A stretch of 64,000 bases of DNA from Ancylonema sp. (Eukaryota): assembly GCA_050230475.1 (NCBI GenBank), contig JBFLGF010000001.1, positions 1-64,000 of the forward strand. The letters are read 5' to 3'. The notes beneath the pieces were generated by a model that was given only the letters and a program-made list of their open reading frames with translations, was not told where the DNA came from and searched no databases. Below, piece by piece: positions 1 through 13,701 of the stretch. Both the position numbers and the translations under genes were made by a program. Within the stretch, counting starts at the first letter, position 1; the number at the start of each line of letters is the position of its first letter.

Positions 1-2556
1 TCCCATAGCCATCTTCCAGAGGGTCCTCGTCCGGATCAGTGTCATCACTCACAAGGCTGGGGAGATCGTCATCCTGGGGAGGGGGTGGTCCTAAAAACAG
101 TGGCAATGGATTTCCAGGTGCATCTAGAACCTCCTCATCACCAGCAAGCACACCTCCTTGCACACCATGAGCGCCCTCGACATTGCCCCCTCCGACTCCA
201 AGCACTCCCAATCCTCCTCCAAAACCGCCCCCTCCGACAACAGGAACTCCGCCTTCCTCAGGTAGTTCTTGCAGACACGGCCACTCCATTTCCACGTATT
301 CTGGAAGATCCACCAAGTTTCCCTTTTTCCCAACATTCTGTCCCCTCCACCATCCACACAGAACCGTCTCATCGAAGTCTGCATGTCCATGGCCAACATT
401 ATCAACTTTGTTGGTTGACGGATCCCAAACTCTGTAGCATGGACTTTTGTCAAAGTATCCCACCAGCACCCCTGTCCATGCGAGAGGTCCCATCTTTCCA
501 CTCCTTTCTCTCTTCTCCATTCGCACGAACACTTTGCAACCGAACGAGCGTAGATGATTGATGCTTGGAACGTTCCCCGTCCACAACTCCTCTGGCGTTT
601 TGGCAAGGCCAGTCACCTGACAACGATTGTGAAGATATGATGCCATGGTGATGGCTTCTGCCCACAGACTAGGAGGAACCTTCATACCAAGGAGCATTGA
701 CCTAGCTCGATCATGCAAGGTCCTATTAATTCGCTATGTGATTCCGTTTCTCTGCGGTGTATACGGAGGTGTAGGCTCATGTTTTATACCCCTGCCTGCA
801 AGCCACGACTGAAATTTCTCATCGATGAATTCTCCACCACGATCTGAGCGCAAATTTTTGATTGCCTGTCCACTTTGTTTTTCCCAGATTGCTATCCACT
901 GTTTAAGTCGTTGAGCAGCCTCATCCTTGCTACTGAGAATTTATACCCATGATTTACGTTTGCACTCATCGACAATTACCAAGTCATATATGCCTCCTCC
1001 TATCGATGCAGGTTTGAAAGGCCCTGCGAGATCGACGGACACTCTACCCAACAATACTTTCTCGCCTGCTCCGGGCTCTCGTTGAGGATGAGGCTTATCA
1101 TGCGCTTTTCCAAGTCGACATCCATCACACCCTTGCATCACCCCAGAGATTCCTCCTTCCAGACCTCTCACCAATTTGTCACTTGCCATCTGCTTCACGA
1201 TTCGTTCACTGGCATGCCCCATTCTCCCGTGCAGACAATTGACATCGATGGCTGCAACGACAGCCTCTCCTTCTGTCGATTTTCGATGCTTCACTGGACT
1301 GCAGATCAGCGTGTGCCTTCCACTGATTGCTTCTCGTAGCGTGCACACCTGCTTCCCTGCTTCGGTGTAGAGTGGTATTATTCCACCTGGCTTCCCTCCA
1401 CAGGTGTACGACCATGCTGCTTGACGCAACTTCTGGCCGCTGAATAGATTCACACGAATGCCAGGTATGAACAGACATTCCTGTAGAGTGATGCCTCCAC
1501 TACAATCACACTTCCTCCATATTTGTCAATCCAACATTTTTTCCCCCTACTACCCCTTCTCCATGCCCCAAATCCTCGAATTTACCGACGAACGAAATTT
1601 GGCGAGAAGTTATAACACCAACACGTTGCATCCGAGGTGTTCCGTTCTTCTTGTATTAATGATGGCCAATGGCGCCACAGTATTCACATGCATCGTCTTT
1701 GCCACTCCAAGCACGAATGAGTTGACCCGTTTTGCCGCACGCGAAGCACGATCGAATATCTACTCCACATCTGCCACCTCCCCCACCGCTGCCACTCTCC
1801 TCCCGACCTCGCCCACCACCACCACTTCTTCCGTCCCCTTGATACTTTCCGAGACTCCCAGATCCCTGGCGAGCAAACCACCGCGCATAATCTACTTTTG
1901 CGACTAGTGCTTGTGCAACTTCATCATCCTTGTCTTTACTGTCCTCCAATTCCAATACGTCCCCAGACCCATACATTCCCGGGGACACTGGCTGGACGTA
2001 GTAGCTCTTTTAAAATATTCCGTATTTTGTTTTCGATATTCCTGAGAAAAGTGCCATGAATATGTCCTCCTCACTGATTATTAGCTTTTGATATCTAGTT
2101 GCACTAATTATCGACATAAAATTGACCTTCATCTGACGAACGCTGTGTTTTTAGTTTACTTTGAAAGAATTCAGTTTTTGCTCGGATAGTTGTCGGAGCT
2201 CATATGTAATAGTGTCACAGTCATCATGCACCTTCTCCCTCATCTTCGCCAGATTGAGTGTGTCACCCTCTAGCCTAGATGCGATGTTATCTCTCACCAG
2301 CAACATGATCACCATCGTTGTTTTCTTCTTCCGCTTGTTGTAGCTCTTCATTTCACGAGAATATTCGTTCAGTTCATTGGCGTATAAAAAATCATCATCT
2401 CACTCAAAAACTGGTTTGAATACGTCGGCTCTCTCTCGGTCCCGTCGCAAAGGTCCAGCCAATCTTTTGCGTCAATTATGGCCAACGATTTGGTGCGCCA
2501 TGCCTAGAAAGGTACCTTGTCCTCATCTAGGATCGTATATCTTGCTTTGATACCAA
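1..2556 (-). mobile_element. Degenerate Ty1/Copia LTR retrotransposon, internal region (gag zinc knuckles, GAG-pre-integrase, integrase); continues off the left edge
   Basis: ORF 941-1453 has LHGRMGH...CDGCRLGK...VSVDLAGP...LVIVDE (Copia pre-integrase and integrase core). ORF 1656-1988 has CFACGKTG and CEYCGAIGH knuckles. A tRNA-Met PBS (minus TGGTATCAAAGC) lies at 2544-2555. Frames are broken by stops and frameshifts. Confidence 0.9.
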
Positions 2557-2965
2557 TGTAAATACTTAATTATGCCATTTATACATATCGGTGTAGCATT
2601 CACACATCCATGAACCAAATAATGCAACACAACGCAAGAATACTTGCGAAAGAAGCAACAAAACAACGAAAGAAGAACTTGAGATCTTAAGCCTTTGATT
2701 ATCTTTTCTAAGTACAATGATTGCTCTTTAGCCAAACAACACAAGCCGCTCCCGGCGCCGCACAAGTCGATAAGGCCAAACCTCAATCTAATTGACAAAC
2801 ATCGACATCTCTCGATACGTGGCTTAAAATTCAAATCTTAAAATATTTCATATCAATCAAATTTACACTAATTAGATATAACAAATCGACACTTGCCGTC
2901 GATAAATCAACGCTACTAAAAAATCGATAAAACGACAAACAAGTTCCTAGCAATCAAACTTAACA
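2557..2965 (-). mobile_element. 5' LTR of the Copia element (~409 bp)
   Basis: Minus strand begins TGTTAAG and ends TTTACA, followed 1 nt later by the PBS. The partner LTR is outside the window, so the outer boundary is inferred. Confidence 0.7.
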
Positions 2966-4188
2966 TCCACCTCCACCTCCACATCCACCTCCACCTCCAC
3001 ATCCACCTCCACCTCCACATCCGCCCCCGCCTCCAAATCCTCCGCCGTTGGATCTGCGAACAAGGGTTCATGCCGACATGCCGATAGGTCAACTCAACGA
3101 CCTATTGAGATTTTTGTTTTTTCTGATTGCCAGTCTGTTGGTCTCACGAGAATTCATGTGATCCGTACAACCAACATCGTCACAACGATCATCAACCTCA
3201 TCATTGTCCTTGTTCGTCATTCCTTTTGAACATTTTTGTCAACGTACTCATAAGTTATACAACTCTCATTAGTTGTCCACAACAGCATGTCTTGTGCGAT
3301 CTATGGTAGGAAAGATAACCTCTCGGGTGCGCACAAACATTAAAGATTGAGAAATATCAGATTCATTCAATCAGACCAACACTGAAAACAAAAGCTTCCC
3401 ACAATGGTGGACTTTGCGAAGATCAATAAGACAAAAATATATTTCGGTTAAGTCTTCACAGTCAGCCCATGGATGTGCACTGTGGATGAATACACCTTGT
3501 TTGTAGAGCGCTAGCAACGCTGACTTGTGAGATTATCGGGTGAGGTCATTTGCTTATGTGGAAAGGTAAGTCTTCTAGTAACTTACCCCATGGCATATCC
3601 AAGGGCCATTCCTGACAGCATATTTGAGTCACCACCACGACCAGCATACGTGCCGCGAGGATTGCCTCCATAATACCCGCCATGATGATAACGGGGGGCG
3701 GGAATCGTTGAGAATGCCCCGATGCTGATGGACAGCTTTATTTCCCCCATGGGCACTCGGCCGAAGCAGCACACTCCCGAAGAGTCCAGGGGGTAGTTGA
3801 GGGAACAGCTTGAATCTAGGAGATCGCTTCGCCTTAACGGAAAGGCCAGGGGGATTTTAGCCCGCCCAAGGTTCTCATTAACGAACTCGTGCTTGGAGTA
3901 TAATTTGACAATCAGGAAAACTTTCCCGAAACACTTAGATTCAGTCAGAAAGAAGTCGTCAATGGTGATGAAGAGGGTCTCGTCCCACGTAACACTAACG
4001 CCCTGATTTTTTGCCACATCAGACTTCTGGCGGCGAGCAAGCAGTCTGCCGCCCGGGCCCAAGATATAGAAAACTGCAAACACATTCTGAAGGTAATCGC
4101 TGCGAGGGCCTATGAAATTAGCAAATTCTTGAGCACTGTGGAGACGAATCTCGACGCGTCGTGTCTGAAATTCAGTGGGCCGGGCCAT
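2960..4188 (-). CDS. C2-domain protein (SRC2-like) with Gly/Cys-rich tail; exons 4188-3587 and 3053-2960
   Basis: ORF 3583-4188 has C2-like strands (VEIRLHSAQ...VTWDETLFI...LIVKLY...LGRAKIPL...GEIKLSI). A GTAAGT donor at 3586 (phase 2) joins a TTCGCAG acceptor at 3054 in frame, giving GSNGGGF(GGGGGC)x4-stop. Confidence 0.75.
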
Positions 4189-4294
4189 GGCTCTCTCTTG
4201 ACGGAGTTACGCGAGTGACCTGGAGTCCTGCACTAACAGTGTTGATAGTCGCTGGTCATCATTTGTGCGCAGCTTGTCATTTTGGACTACTGGT

Positions 4295-4335
4295 TTTCGC
4301 ACGAGATTTCGCACGAGATTTCGCACGAGATTTCG
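4295..4335. repeat. 12-bp tandem repeat (TTTCGCACGAGA)x3.4 upstream of the C2 gene
   Basis: Read directly from the sequence, ~110 bp upstream of the ATG at 4188. Confidence 0.9.
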
Positions 4336-4629
4336 ACGGGAATCTCGTGGAACCAAACCGTTCAGTCGATGGCCGGCAGAATCTTGCGCAAAGTCAAAAT
4401 ATATGATCCGTCTTCCTAGTGTCTTTTCGCCAGCCCAGTTACGTTGCCAGCACGGTACGGTAAGTTGCCCGGTAAGTTGCCAATCCCCGCGCCTCCGCAA
4501 GTCCGCCGGTTATTAGACCCCAAGTTGCGGACCGGCAGGGACCGTGGTCCCGGTTCCGAGGTGTGGCCTTCTTCTGCCACACCTCCGGACCGGCTGTTTG
4601 GTATCTCTTTTTGGGGGTTCTATGAGGAT

Positions 4630-4848
4630 TAGGGTTCCGCTCCCCCGTTTGTAATCAATCGGGGGAGGCGGACTTTCCCGTCCCCCGTCCGCCTCCCCCG
4701 TATACGGGGGACACGGAGGAAAACGGGGGAAACCGGGGGCTAATCGGGAGACAACGGGGGACACGGGGGAGGAAACGGGGGAAAACGGGGGGCGCGGAGG
4801 ATAAACCGGTTTGCAACCCAGACTCTGGCGTGTTCCTGGGGGACATGC
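4630..4848. mobile_element. Truncated hAT-like MITE end
   Basis: Starts TAGGGTT with many CGGGG/CCCCG subterminal-type motifs. It is cut off by the next repeat and no second TIR is seen. Confidence 0.35.
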
Positions 4849-6172
4849 TATGGGGAGACTACCTCCTAGCTAGGTAGAGAATACCCGTAATATCGAGAAA
4901 ACGTCAGGACTCAAAATTTCGCTGTGCCAAGGCCGTCCAAACCGTGATTTTCGTTATGCGCGGCGTAGGCCCCAGCTGCTGCAGTCCTAAAGCGCTACTG
5001 TCAGCATTTTGCCGCAGATTGCCAGCGCTGGCTTCTTGCTGCTGTCATGCAGCCCTATAGGTGGGATGATGCTTCCGAGCCGTGTACTGCAGTGTGCGGC
5101 CGATTGTAAGCGTAGCTACGATCCCTTGCTGTCTTGACGCCTGCGTATTGTTGCATATGTATATTGCTTTTCGCATACTTGTGTTAAAACATAAGGGTGT
5201 CATGTTGGTTTCTTTCGGTAGCGCGTGTAGTTTTAGCGCGTAGGTTTCAAATCGGACAGCGTTGAAGCGATGGAATACATGTCGGTAAGTGTCTACGCCA
5301 TTCCTTTTGAAGAAGGTGGTGATGTAAAATTCTTCACTGGCCGAAGTCATGTGGTAGCGTGTAACGCTCACATATATAGGATATGATTTTGTGAGGGCAC
5401 GTAAGGTGGAATCCACTTTTTTTTGGCCGTAAATCTCCGAATAGTATTGTCACATGCATAATTATTTATTTTAGTATGTTAATGCATATTTATTTGTTTT
5501 TGCCAATTTTTGTTCGTTGCTGCAGCGCTGAACATACACCTTGGTGGCCTCGCGGTGGATGTACAACCGGAGCCAAAAAAAATCCACGTCTCTAGATGGC
5601 ACCAGCACCAGAGTGTTCCTCGGAGTGTTCAGCAGGAGGTGTGTTCATTTCTCGTTTTTTTTCATACGGCAGTTGATGATAGTTACATATGGTTGATTGA
5701 ATCTCGCCAATGTCCGCGTTCAATTCAAATGCTTGAATATCTACCATCTCCGTGATAATTGGTATGTTGTTTCAATAATTTATGTATCCATGCATGCATA
5801 CATGCTTAGATGCCTGAATGCATACATGCACATGTGATTGTATGCACACACGCAGACATGCATGCATACATACAGACATGCATACATACATACAGATATA
5901 CATACATACATATATACATTCATGCATACTCACATACATAAATATATACATACATGTATACATACATACATACATACAAATATACGTACATGTATACTTA
6001 CATACATACATATATACATATACAGATACGCATACATGCATACATACATACATACATACATACATGCATACATGCATACATACATACATACATACCTACA
6101 CACATACACACATACATGCATACATACATACATACATACATGCATGCATGCATGTATGCATGTATGTATGTA
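4849..6172 (+). mobile_element. Dispersed ~1.3 kb non-coding repeat with (CATA)n-type tail, copy 1
   Basis: Colinear and highly similar to 46797-48146, starting at the same base (TATGGGGAGA). Confidence 0.85.
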
Positions 6173-9100
6173 TATATTCGTACTAACGAATAATATTAAA
6201 GTTCCCGGCATAGGCCTCGGGCCTCGAGTGCCACGCGTTGTAAGCTAGCCAATTTATAGGCGCACTCTCGATAAGCACTTTATCAATAAGTTTCGGAAAG
6301 CGTAAATACGTACACTCGTCCCGGCCGATACTCCCACCGAAAGTCGAACGACTGTCCATCGTGCTTGTCGCCTTGACAACTCAGCTTTAGTACTTAGGAA
6401 GCCATTCGGGTTGTGACCCATCACTACCACAAAAGAATGCGCACCTTCCAAATAGCACCTCCGCTCGCGCATACGGACGGTGGCAAGAAGCTCTTGCTCT
6501 CCCACTCCGTAGCGTTGTTCAGCGCCATTCATTGTTCGGGACTCATACGCAATAGCGTGGTTACCCAGGAGTAGCACTCCGCCTAATGAATGCTTGCTAG
6601 CATCCGTGACCATTTCACATAGAAGTATCGGGTCAACTATTGCCAATGTTGGCGCATGCGTTAAGCAATACGTTAGCCGATCGAACGCCTGCTGACACTG
6701 CAGTGTCCACTCAAAGTGCGTCGATGCCTTAGTCAAATTCGTCATGGGTTTTGGAATCTCCGCACATTCATAAATGAACTTACGGAAGTAATTTGCTAAA
6801 CCCAGAAATGACCGAACATCTTTGTCATTTTTTTGGTGTGGGCCACGCCGGGATCACACTTAATTTGTCCTTGTCGGGCCGAATACCGTCGGGACCGACC
6901 TCATGCCCTAAATTCAGAAGCTTCTCTTGCATGAAGGTACACTTCGCTATACTATCGCAGTATCGACAAAGCGTGTCAAACATGCTGGACACAAACATAA
7001 TTGGTTGACCATACAACGAAGAGGATGGAATTATCTAACCTTTTGCTATGTATTCCGTGATCTTTTTTTTCGCCTCGGTAATCTCTAAAGGACTTAGACG
7101 ATACATTGTCCGAAACACCGGTTTAGCCCCAATGGGATCGTATGATCGGTACCCCAATCGGGTGGCAATCCAACCGGACTGTCATCGGGAAACACATCGA
7201 TGAATTCATCGAGTAAAGTTTGCATAGGCGGAGGGATGCCCGGCATCGACTCCTTCTTTTGCAATTGCCACTCTTTACCATTGCTTACTCTTCTTCAAGA
7301 GTTTTCGAGCGTAGTTAGACGAAGAAAGCTTGTGCTCCTCTCACAAAGCCTTGGAGAGTTGTAGGGATGATAACAAAGGTGCCGTTGGCTTTTAAAGAGA
7401 AAGTTGGCAAGCTTCCAAGGTCATATAACGCAACCCTTTACTAATTCGGCATGATTTTGTACCAAAAATCTATAACGGCATTATGTTGATTCAACCATTC
7501 TTGTCCATGAATGGCGTCCATACCCGGTGCACACAAGCTAAGCACATGGAAAACAACTTTGCTATTATATGCCCCCAATTTCACATGTAGAGTCGCACGA
7601 CCCTTTATGTCCACTTGTTTCCTTCCCCGAACGTCAACCATGACATTGGTACCGGGAGTGTAAGCAATGTTATACAGTGCTCACCAACAAACTATGTTCT
7701 TCACGGCAGTTCGCACGGGTTACCCCGTATGCATGCAGGTGATTGATGTTTTCAAGTTTGTTGATTTGCTGGACTAAATGCAACCGGCCAACTACTGTGG
7801 CTTGCATTCGGTTTCATGCACATGCATTCAAATGATCCCATTATTATTTTCAAATGCTTCATGTAGTCTTCCATCTCCTTGCTAGGAGGCATGCATATAT
7901 ACACATGCGCTGGCATATTGGAAAGGTCGAAGAGCAAGATAGGAGTTCAGGCATTACACAAGTACCCATAGTCAATAAATGATTTATGCTCATCCAAGCA
8001 TGCTATGAGGTGGTCACTCCACCCCCATTCAATCAAATCATTTATTTGACAAAGTACAAATGTTGCCCTACTTAACTCACCCGTGACTCCAAGTCAGGGT
8101 TTCGGAGTCTTGTGCCACCCTAGTGGACTTATCTCCATTATCTTTTCTAATTCATACCCATCCTGGTAGGACACCCTTATCCAATCAACAAGACTATCGT
8201 CAAATAAAGCATTATTTGAAGTCTTTTCAAGTGATTAACTGTCACTCCTAACATAGGCCTCGCGAGGGACCACCCTCGGCCATTACCCCGTACATGGGTA
8301 GCATCTCTTGAACAATCTTATGAATATACTTGCACGTGGCCTAGCATGGCTTTGTACTTATACTTCATGTCATCAAGGGATGCTCAAGACATCTGTAGCA
8401 GTCTTGCTACAGATGTTGCGCCCATTGCGCCCATTGCGCCACTGCAGCCTTCATCCATGCGCCACCTTACGCCTTGGAGCTTGGGCTCAATTCTGCTCCT
8501 CCGGAGCTCTGACTTTGAAAAGCTGCCAAAGTGAGACCACTTTTTAGTTTGCAGTTCTGTAAAGTTCAGAAGACATCTATACAAATTATGTATCACCTAC
8601 ATCAAATTTCAGCGTAAACGGAGAAAATCCGAGAAGGCAGCAGTCTTTCAAAAACAGACTATGAAACAGACGACTGTTTCCTGAACCAGATTCAGCAGTC
8701 AGCGCGTTTGAACATCAGTTACAAACTACTGGTTCATTTTGAGATCAGAAACGTGCGCCAGTTTTAAAATTTTGTTGTCTACACACTCTCAAAAGAACAT
8801 GCATTTTGACCCAGCCAACATGGAGCAATGTGTAGTTATGTGCAGCTGGTCAAATAAGACATCTGGATGAAATTTTTGCCAATATCTTCCAATCCCATAA
8901 TTGGTTTGACTTCAAACTACTACATGCGTTAGAAAACATCTTCCCTGATACGCTGACCGAGTTTGATCTCAAACGGAGCAGTCAATATCTCGCCGCATCC
9001 AATCGCGTCTCCGGACTCGAGGTCGCCAAAATTATGGGCGCGATTCGGAGGCGTAGTAATTCGTATAACTCGGATTTCGGGTCGAAATTGACTGATCATC

Positions 9101-9755
9101 AGTAAGATAAAATACACTGATGATAGAATGTTGTCCAATGAGCGTTTTCAGCTCTGATACCAATGAAACGTATCGCCACAAGGCAATACATTTGTTATAC
9201 TCATAAGCTAAATATACAAACGACTCGAACGTTTTGTCACGCTGTGTCCGAGGTCTGCACCAACTAGAAGATTATTCACCCACTGAATAGTGAATGCGTC
9301 GTAACCTCGGCGTGAGTATACTAAGGCGAGAGTCCTCGGATGAACCGAGCTCAGACTCTGATCAGTTGAGGGAGTGACACCCCTCAGCTGACAGTAGTTG
9401 CCCAAGCCGCTTGACAACTCCCAGTTGTGTTCGCCAATGCGGGCTCCTAGCCTCGCGTTGACTGTTGACCATACGTCACTGTCAGTTCGTCCGGCACGGT
9501 TACACCGTTCACGTGGACTGGTATTTCGACCCGTCGAAATGCCGGTTCAATATTCGTACAAGTATTAATTGAATATTTCGTTATATCACGAACCGCGATT
9601 ATATTCGTACTAACGAATAATATTAAAGTACCCGGCACAGGCCTCGGGCCTCGCGTGCCGCGCGCTATAAGCAAGCCAGCTTATAGGCGCACTCTCGATA
9701 AGCACTTTATCGATAAGTTGCGGAAAGCGTAAATACGTACACTCGTTCCGTTACA
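6173..9755 (-). mobile_element. Degenerate Ty3/Gypsy LTR retrotransposon (5' LTR 9164-9755; partial 3' LTR 6173-~6323)
   Basis: Protease C-terminal motif (MDAIHGQEWL, 7441-7641), RT tail (KCTFMQEKLLNLGHEVGPDGIRPD) and RNase H (VTDASKHSLGGVL...IAYESR...EQELLA). PBS minus TGGTATCAGAGC at 9151-9162. LTR termini TGTAACG...CGTTTCA. About 150 bp of the LTR is repeated at 6173. Confidence 0.9.
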
Positions 9756-9771
9756 AAAATTGATAGGAAAA

Positions 9772-10184
9772 CGGTAGGGGGTAGAAACCGGGCAGCAACC
9801 CCACACCCCCAGTCGAAAATGCAGTGTCACCAACCCTAACCCAAACCCAACCCGAGCACGCTCCGCGCGAGCTCGGGACGTGAGCATTCCACGAAATCCC
9901 GTAATGCGGCTATCACGGGGAAATAAGTCCCCTGTAGGGCTAAATTCCGTGCCCCCTACCGCATATTTTGGCATCGGTATCAACCGCAGTAGTTACCTCG
10001 GTAGGACGGTAGGGAGTAGGGCGGGAGGGTGGTAAGAGCACGAGCCGCTTGGAAGACGTGCGACCGTCAACCGAACGCGCTTAAGCCCCAACACGCTCGA
10101 TATACGGCCAAAACGCGACCGCCCATGAGTCATGGGCGCTCGCGCCCATGAGGGGTCATGGCCCATGACCCAAACCCTAGCCAT
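9772..10184. mobile_element. Fragmentary GC-rich MITE(s), hAT-like
   Basis: Repeated CGGTAGGG/CCCTACCG motifs as at 22365-22815. Ends with CCCAAACCCTA, an hAT-type TIR end. Confidence 0.4.
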
Positions 10185-11341
10185 TAGGGTGCGGGGAGCC
10201 CAAGCATACGCTCTGGGCTCCGGCTTCCGGCCTCATGAGCTCGGAGCCCAAGCCTCATGAGCCCAAAATGAGCCCACATCCAGATCAGAGCCCGGAGCCC
10301 AAGTGAGCCCGAATGAGCCCAAAATGCCCGGAGCCCAACAAAAAAAAACAAGAAAAATAAATCACTCCGCAAGGTCACTAGTGAAGAGGTAGCAACTCCA
10401 TTAAGGGTCGCTGATAGCACACCCTCTTCATCACACTATTGATCATTTATAATTAAAAATTAAGAAAATCCTAAGAGTTTTCCGCGAAGTTGACAATTTC
10501 AAGGTCATATTTGTGTACTAGATTACTTATCATGTTCACTTGGATCACTAGGAGTGAGTGGCATGGTAATTATCTTTCACTCTCCATCTTCATGTTTCCA
10601 TTGATGTTCGAGACTGCATAGGAGTGTTTACTATTTCCCTATCGGACAATATTAAGCAAAAAACAGGATAGAGTGCGTGCCTTTGGAACAAAGTATATTT
10701 TCGGCACATTTATGTGACAAGTGAGTGAAAGTAATATTAAGCATTTTTATCGATCAATCGTGTAAAATACTTATGTATCACACTAGCGTGTGAGGCTAGT
10801 GAGACTACTGAATCTACTTCCAGTAGTGCTCAATAAATATAATGCACTATGAGAGGTAAAATTCCGTGAAATCCATAGCACCCATAGACATGAAGACCTC
10901 TTTCACTTGACGCTTCCCCCCCATAAAAGATGTGGTGTCGCTTTTGTCGACGTCATCGTCCGGAGGTAGGGTGGAATGCACACTCCAGTTCCAAAGCTCC
11001 TTTAAATCATCCAATCCCTCCAACCCGAACCCTCCAATCCGAACTCACCTAAACCCTCAACCTTTATTTCCCGGGTGTTGATTTCGCTTCCAAATGAGCC
11101 CAAATGAGCCCAAATGAGCCCACATGAGTCCAAATGAGCCCTTAAGAGCCCCTATGAGCCCAAGGGAGCTCAAATGAGCCCAGCATTTTTGGGCTCCGGG
11201 CTCCGGGTCAGATCTGGGCTCCGGCCTCATTGGGCTCCTTGAGCTCGGGGGCTAGGATTTTTAAACCTTTGGTCTCCGGGCTCAATGAGCCCGGATCTTG
11301 TGGGCTCTGGACTCATTGGGCTCCGGGCTCCCCGCACCCTA
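10185..11341. mobile_element. Non-autonomous hAT DNA transposon (1157 bp)
   Basis: 17-bp perfect TIRs TAGGGTGCGGGGAGCCC / GGGCTCCCCGCACCCTA, an 8-bp TSD (CTAGCCAT / TTAGCCAT), and arrays of subterminal (AAAT)GAGCCC motifs at both ends. Confidence 0.9.
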
Positions 11342-11363
11342 TTAGCCATGACCCCTCTACGAT

Positions 11364-11370
11364 TATAAAA
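11364..11370 (+). promoter_or_regulatory. Candidate actin TATA box; probable 5' UTR intron at 11595-11815
   Basis: TATAAAA upstream of a CAG|GTAATC donor and a pyrimidine-rich GTCAG acceptor 12 nt before the ATG. A leader intron is typical of plant actins. Confidence 0.45.
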
Positions 11371-11827
11371 GGAGTCGGGGATCCGTCTTTTGTTGCGGAT
11401 AACCGCGTCTTTGAATCTCGTCGTGCTGATGTTCCTGCAACCGCAAAGCCGTGGTACGTGCTACCGCATAGCCACAGACAGATAGGCAACAAATAGCCAC
11501 ATTCGCTTGCTGTAGGTGCTGCTCACATCCTCGTGACGCACGCAGAGAAGCACCAGCAGAAACAAACCATCGATTGACGGTGGAAGCGAGACAGGTAATC
11601 AATAGCAGCGCTAAATCGTTAGAGGGTTTGGCCGTTTCGGTTATGTGAATTTACGAATGTACGACTTATAATCCCTATCGTGTACCTATTGACGACCGTC
11701 TTTCAGCTCCCGTTTGATCCTTTTGTTTCTGAATTCGCCTTCGATCTTTAACGATATATGTTGATATAGATATACAGAATACCCCTGACGACATTGCTCC
11801 CCGCTTCTTTGTCAGGCTTAAGTCACC

Positions 11828-13701
<1,874 letters not shown>

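Noticed and set aside
5045..5416. 123-aa ORF repeated at 47001-47402
   Set aside because: Lies within the dispersed repeat. The N-termini differ between copies through indels and there is no recognisable domain.
5772..6248. Overlapping ORFs rich in H/T/Y/I or M/Y/V/C (also 47649-48247)
   Set aside because: Translations of the CATA microsatellite, not proteins.
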